Shown here in pieces: positions 60,753-64,000 of a DNA stretch of 64,000 nucleotides. The notes beneath the pieces are model-generated. The model saw only the letters and a list, made by a program, of their open reading frames with translations, did no database searches and was not told where the DNA came from. Every line of letters starts with the position of its first letter. The first letter of the stretch is position 1. Source of the DNA: Amoebidium appalachense (Eukaryota > Protista > Ichthyosporea); assembly GCA_963693365.1 (NCBI GenBank), contig CAVNZM010000006.1, positions 9,737,355 to 9,801,354 of the forward strand, written 5' to 3'. Both the position numbers and the translations under genes were made by a program.

Positions 60753-62218
60753 CGCGTACCTGTCTGCCTGTCTCCCTGCCTGCCTGCATGCATGCACTCG
60801 CGACCACTTCTCAGTGGCTAAGTTTTTGTATGGTTGGCAATACATACAAGGTGGCGTGTGGTTTGACTGTGTGGGGGCCGGAGTGGAAAGCTAGATTGGG
60901 GTAGGGAGTTATGTGCGTGTCGTGTTTTTTTTTGGGGGGAGGGGGGGGGGGGGGGGGGGAGGATAAGCGAAGGTGGGACCTGCAACACTGCTCACACGTG
61001 GGCCTTGGGCTGCAGTTTGACCAGGAGCAGCTGCGCAAATATCAGCTGGAGCGCATGAAGTACTACTATGCCGTGGTCGAGTGTGACAGTGTGGAGACAG
61101 CCACCCAGATATACAAAGAGTGCGATGGCCAGGAGTACCTCAATAGCGGCAACGTGTTTGATCTGCGATTCATCCCAGATGAGATGGAATTTAACGATGA
61201 GCCCAGGGAGGTGGCCACGGAAGTGCCGGCTGACTACAAGCCGGCTGAGTTTGTGGCCACTGCGCTGCAGCAGAGCAAAATCAAACTCACATGGTCAGTG
61301 ATGCCGTTGTTTGGTTTGGTCTTGAGTTCGGTGTTTGTTTAGACTTGAGGCACCCACAGTGCATCATCACACGCACATGTGCACAAACACACACGGAGCT
61401 GCTCGCTTTGCACCCCTGCTTCCTCCTAATCCGGACAGGGTATGCTGTGTGGGTGTGGATGTAGTGTTTTTTGTGTCGCCCTGTATGCACACACTTGTTG
61501 GTGTGTGTGTGTGTGTGTGTTTGGGGGGGGGGGGGGCAAGGGAGGTTTCAGCAGTGAAACTGATATTGATATGTGCTGGTCGGCCACAGGGACGAGCCAG
61601 ATCAGAAAAGAGCAGAGGTGATTCGTAGAGCCCTGACCTCGGATGAGATCAAAGACATGGACCTGCAGGTGTGTGTGTGTGCGTGCGCGCGGATATGTAG
61701 GTGCGGCTGGGTAGGTGGGTGGGTGTTGGGGGGGGTGTGCCTGTGTGCGTGCGTGCGTGCGTGCGTGCGTGTGCGCGCGCAATCTCGAGGTTGGCCGCTG
61801 TTTGTAATCATTCCTTGTTATGAGTTCTCCGACACCACTATCTGTAAAAGAAAGAGTTGATAGCCAGTGTGATGGTGACATGTGCCTGTAGGGAGGTGTG
61901 GCTGGTAGTAGCCAGGTACACCTCTGCGGTTGTGTTGCTCACATGGTGGCACTGGGTGGCAGGCTTACATTGCTTCGTCCAGTGACGAGGAGGATGGGGA
62001 GGCAACAAAAAGCAAGGTGGGCAACGTGTGTGTGTGTGTGGGGGGGGGGGGGGGGTGAGCTGGGCTCTCACGTCTCATGTAGGGTTGCTACCTGGGAGCG
62101 TTTGTTCTAGTTTTTGCATAAGGTATGGAGCCTGGAAGGGTCCGGCGGGGATGGGGTGGAGTTTTGTGGATGTGTTGGGGGGAGGGGTCTTGTGGATGTG
62201 TTGGGGAAGCGGGTAGGG

Positions 62219-62250
<32 letters not shown>

Positions 62251-62835
62251 AAGCACTTTTGAATGTGTTGGGGGAGAGGGGGCGGGGGGGGGGGGGGGGG
62301 TTGAGGGCCATGTGAATGTTTGTTAACTAAAGGATGTGCAGTAGCTGTGCGCTGTCTGAGTGGTTCCCTTTCCTCTTTTTCTTGAGTTGACCATATGAGG
62401 TCGCTGTGAATATCCAGGCAGCTGGTACCCTTTACCTTTTAACCCTCAGCTGGTACCCTGATATCATATACTGGTCCCACGTGTTATCTTGTCTCCTGCT
62501 TCGTGCACGGCCAACACCAAGCAATTCACTATCAGAAGCTGTAAATCGATTCTGCTGTAAATGAAGAAACACGAACCCTTCACTTCAGCATCTAATGGTA
62601 TTGCACTGTATGCACAGTATGCAGCGCTCCTGGGGGAGCTAAGGGAGCAAGATGAAGGCAGCAAGGAGGAGCAGGGGATGGAGATCAGCTTCGAGCCGGG
62701 GCTGAGGGAGAAGGCCGAGGAGGCACTGAAGAGGAAAAAGGCCCGTGAGGCCGAGGAGGACATGACGGTGTGGGACAAGTACCTGGACAAGAGGAAGCAG
62801 AAGAAGAAGGAGAGAAGTGGGATCCCCCCTCCCCC

Positions 62836-62917
<82 letters not shown>

Positions 62918-63453
62918 TTCTGTCTCTCTGTCCCCTCCCCTCCCCTGCCTACCCCTTTCCTGGTTTCACTCACTACGTCTCCACCCATTGTGCTCCAGGC
63001 TCCCCTCCCCTCTTTGTTTTTCCCCACAACCTACCCACAAAGGGATATCCCTGGTTGTAACCATGCACTGGCTGCGGTTGTTTGCAATAACAACAAAACA
63101 ACTTGTCGTTTATTCTCACTTGAACTCATGCAACACTGAATAAGTAAGCGTTCGGAAGAGACCTGCCCTTTTTTTTTTGAAGAGGGGGGTGGGGGAGAGG
63201 GGGGGGGGGGGGGGAGGCTGGAAAAGTGCCCTTGCTAACTCATTAATCAATACCCTCCCTGACAATCAACATCGACTTATAGGGGCACATGACTGGGTTT
63301 TTTGTTTCTGGCAGTTTGTTGCTGGCACATGTGCGGGTGCATGTGGGTGTGTGGGTTTTGGGCAAATCAAAGTTCTAAATGTTTTTCTTGCTTGCAGAGA
63401 GAGCACTCAAGGAGAAGAATACAAGCGAGGACGATGATATGGCAGGCAGAGAG
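56925..63453 (+). CDS. ESF1: Pre-rRNA processing protein ESF1 (nucleolar), 3'-partial; continues beyond the window
   Basis: Exons 56925-57050, 57294-57375, 57874-57959, 58415-58629, 59231-59318, 59917-60004, 60422-60645, 61016-61293, 61590-61668, 61963-62016, 62618-62816, 63398-63453. Motifs DPRF...DPRF, IDPRFKGM, VDKYGR, DPARG, TRRFAACNMDWDHI, PSEFGKERM, LRKYQLERMKYYYAVVECDS, FDLRFIPD, LTWDE, MEISFEPGL. Confidence 0.95.
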
Positions 63454-63852
63454 GTGGGTAAAAAAGCACATTAAAGGGGGTTTCTTTTGGGCCGATTTAT
63501 TGTGCCCATTCCAGCACATCCGGGTCAAGCCAATTGCTCAGCATATAAATCATGATATGAACTGCAGACTTCTTCCAAACGCTTTATTATTATTAATCCC
63601 TTCTTCATTATTTTTTCCCTCTTTTCTCTTTCTTTTTTGTTGTATTATTGCGCTTTTTTGTTGTATTATGGCGCATCTGTGCCTTGCTGCCGGCGAAACG
63701 ATTGCAAGATGGTGCTCAGTTGATGCGCAGCACGCAAATCGTATAGCTAGAATCGCCTCTGACCCGACCCGGCCCGAAAGTCTAAAAGAAACCGCCTTTA
63801 AACACCCACCCACCAACCCACAGGCACAGGCACACAGACACACACACACGCC

Positions 63853-63973
<121 letters not shown>

Positions 63974-64000
63974 CAGGACACCTGTGTGCATGTGCATGCA

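Overview
Intron-rich eukaryotic genomic DNA with GT-AG introns, CTRAY branch points and GC3-rich exons. The gene content and intron style suggest a unicellular opisthokont (inference only). Introns are saturated with poly-C/poly-G tracts and (CA)n/(GA)n microsatellites, so almost all ORFs in the supplied track are artefacts. I assembled seven spliced genes by hand: an OSCA/TMEM63 (CSC1/PHM7-like) channel (+, 5'-partial); VTC1 (-) and VTC4 (+) arranged head-to-head; a 153-aa N-terminally anchored BAG-like protein of Snl1-type architecture (-), head-to-head with a ~950-aa long coiled-coil protein (+) whose architecture resembles synaptonemal transverse filaments; CAF1/CNOT7 (+); and ESF1 (+, 3'-partial). 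Introns also contain a TTAA-flanked MITE family (2 copies), a TIR element with an 8-9-bp TSD, and several tandem repeats. The best leads are the possible phosphate/polyphosphate gene cluster (OSCA-VTC1-VTC4) and the SYCP1/Zip1/ZYP1-like candidate. All family assignments come from recalled motifs; no database search was run.
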